Shown: positions 3,656-5,062 of the stretch, piece after piece
Layout: every line of letters begins with the position of its first letter
How positions within the stretch are numbered: position 1 is the first letter of the stretch
Position numbers and translations under genes: made by a program
DNA from: a virus
DNA length: 5,062 bases
IMG/VR virus record: IMGVR_UViG_3300045988_114963
Reading direction: 5' to 3' (one strand)
The notes under the pieces: model-generated
The model's input: the letters and a program-made list of their open reading frames with translations, nothing else
Database searches by the model: none
What the model was told of the DNA's origin: nothing

Positions 3656-5062
3656 CTAGAAGTGATCAACAAGGCCGGGCGTACCAAACATAGGCATAGG
3701 ACGCACAGTAGTGTAACGGAAGCCTATGTCAAGCAAGAATTCAGGCTCATCTTGAACAGCAATGATACGCTTAATAGGTGGATTTTCCATAATAAACTCT
3801 TCGTTGAGGGTTGGAGCATTTTTAAAGAACTGAGACAGATGCCAAACGTCAAGGTTACCACCAGTTACAGAGCTACGGAATTTACCAGTAATCTGCGAAG
3901 GTTTATAGCGATATTCGGCATAACGTTCCTGATAACCGAAAACAATAGTATCAGCTTTAGAACCTTGAGCATAGATCTCACGAAGCTCAATAGCCTGTTC
4001 GCCGAGATGCGCGAATGTAGGCCAATAGAAATCATAAACAGTAGAGCGAAGCCACATCTTATTGATGCCCTGCTGATAAGTAAGATCGGCACGAGCGCAT
4101 ACGAAGCCTATAATATAGCCATGTTCAACGAAAGACTTGGTAAAACCATGGAACTTGGCAGCAGTAACACCATAAGCAGAAAGGTTGCCTTGAGGAGAGG
4201 TGTCGTCGGTTGCAGAAGTCTGAGCTATTGGATTAACATTTACCATTTTAGTGAAAGAACCTAAAAACTCTGGACGCTGAAGACGGGCGTCAGGAGATAC
4301 TACGCCAAAGAAAGAGCGAAGCACTTCTGTATACCGACTACCACCACGGGCAAGACGTTCATAGAACTTCTGCATCTGGAAAGCAGTGCGTAAGCTGTTG
4401 ATAGTAAAGACAGAGGACTCGTCAAGATTCGCAATCAAACCAGACTGCGTCAAACCTTTAACAGTAACGTTATTAGTGGGCCAAGAAGAAACAGTAGGAT
4501 AATTCGAAACGCGACCATTTTTACCTGCAACAGCAAGAGCCTGAAGTTTATTGGTAGTACTTTCGTCGGTGATGGTACCGGTCTGAAAACCACTAATACT
4601 AAATTCACCTTGTACAGGAGCGGTACCAGCAAGACCTATAGAAACGCCAGGTCCCTTCTGCGTCCAAGGCAATGCCGAAGTGAAGTAATCATGACGCTTA
4701 CCGCGTGGCGGACAGGCATGACCAGGAATAGGTTGCCCATCGGCACCAAGAAGCCAAGAAGGCTGATCAGAAAGGCGAGTATAATCAATAACAGAATTTT
4801 CATCCGTCTTAATAATTTTAACAGACTTTTGGAGGTTTTCATCTCTAAACCATTCATTCCAAATAAGGTAAACACCACGGAATGGGAGTGCGTTAATACC
4901 AGATATATCATTAGTAGTATTGATAGGCAATCCAAAATAGTCCCAAAGAGTACCTATAAGCGCGTTTTTTTTAGAAGAACTACCTCTAATAGTAGGAATG
5001 ACATAATCAGTGCTATCACCAGGATCTTCCTGTTCAAAACAGAAATTCTGCCAGTGTTCCCA
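3656..5062 (-). CDS. VP1: Major capsid protein VP1, main body and C-terminus. It is open to the window edge, and the N-terminus is at 366..1 through circular closure.
   Basis: The track ORF 3656..4930 begins at an internal TTG. The frame stays open for 44 more codons to 5062 (WEHWQNFCFEQEDPGDSTDYVIPTIRGSSSKKNALIGTLWDYFG). Conserved gokushovirus VP1 blocks are YLIWNEWFRDENLQ, TINSLRTAFQMQKFYERLARGGSRYTEVLRSFFGV-SPDARLQRPEFLG and HGYIIGF. The stop is TAG at 3658..3656. Confidence 0.93.
   Translation of the reverse strand, partial: WEHWQNFCFEQEDPGDSTDYVIPTIRGSSSKKNALIGTLWDYFGLPINTTNDISGINALPFRGVYLIWNEWFRDENLQKSVKIIKTDENSVIDYTRLSDQPSWLLGADGQPIPGHACPPRGKRHDYFTSALPWTQKGPGVSIGLAGTAPVQGEFSISGFQTGTITDESTTNKLQALAVAGKNGRVSNYPTVSSWPTNNVTVKGLTQSGLIANLDESSVFTINSLRTAFQMQKFYERLARGGSRYTEVLRSFFGVVSPDARLQRPEFLGSFTKMVNVNPIAQTSATDDTSPQGNLSAYGVTAAKFHGFTKSFVEHGYIIGFVCARADLTYQQGINKMWLRSTVYDFYWPTFAHLGEQAIELREIYAQGSKADTIVFGYQERYAEYRYKPSQITGKFRSSVTGGNLDVWHLSQFFKNAPTLNEEFIMENPPIKRIIAVQDEPEFLLDIGFRYTTVRPMPMFGTPGLVDHF
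4964..5062. repeat. Terminal direct repeat, copy 2 (identical to 1..99), from circular-genome assembly overlap
   Basis: The sequence is the same 99 nt as the window start. It begins at the g before the T8 run (4964). Confidence 0.95.

Noticed and set aside
3727-3732. Fourth TTGACA on the coding strand, inside the VP1 3' end, as a possible VP2 promoter
   Set aside because: At 16 to 18 nt spacing there is no acceptable -10 (ACTGTG or TACTGT) and no TGn. VP2 is adequately explained by co-transcription and coupling with VP1.
3865-4935. Alternative-frame same-strand ORFs inside VP1 (3865..4092, 4450..4632, 4636..4935)
   Set aside because: The reasoning is the same as for the VP4-embedded ORFs. 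They are hydrophobic through compositional bias, lack ribosome-binding sites and are fully nested in a strongly supported gene.
1-5062. Evidence of lysogeny or integration: a dif-like XerCD site as in enterobacterial gokushovirus prophages, an integrase, or att sites
   Set aside because: I found no match to the dif core (GGTGCGCATAATGTATATTATGTTAAAT) or its XerD arm on either strand by eye, and there is no integrase ORF. The sequence closes on itself with no flanking host DNA. A formal motif search would be needed to exclude degenerate dif-like sites.

Overview
The window is a complete, circularly permuted genome of a small ssDNA phage of the family Microviridae, subfamily Gokushovirinae. Bases 1..99 are identical to 4964..5062, so the unit genome is 4963 nt and the repeat is a circular-assembly overlap. 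All convincing genes lie on the window minus strand, so the window shows the complement of the packaged, mRNA-sense viral strand. Gene order along the minus strand is VP1 (major capsid, split by the window junction: 366->1 joined to 4963->3656), VP2 (pilot/minor capsid), a 79-aa N-terminal transmembrane ORF, and a 36-aa arginine-rich VP8/J-like DNA-binding peptide that is missing from the ORF track. These are followed by VP4 (HUH rolling-circle Rep), two small overlapping ORFs of unknown function, and VP3 (internal scaffold). Regulatory signals read from the sequence are three sigma70-type promoters with the same architecture (perfect TTGACA, 17-nt spacer, TGn-extended -10), one intrinsic terminator, and strong Shine-Dalgarno sites. 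The VP3-VP1 intergenic region is structured. Its largest hairpin carries ACTTGATAT in the loop on the viral-sense strand, the same 9-mer that spans the gpA nick site of the phiX174 origin, making it a candidate plus-strand replication origin. The other main lead is the strongly signalled small membrane-protein gene between VP2 and VP8, in a subfamily with no canonical lysis gene. No tRNA, rRNA, CRISPR array, integrase or transposase was seen. All homology statements come from recalled family motifs, not from database searches.
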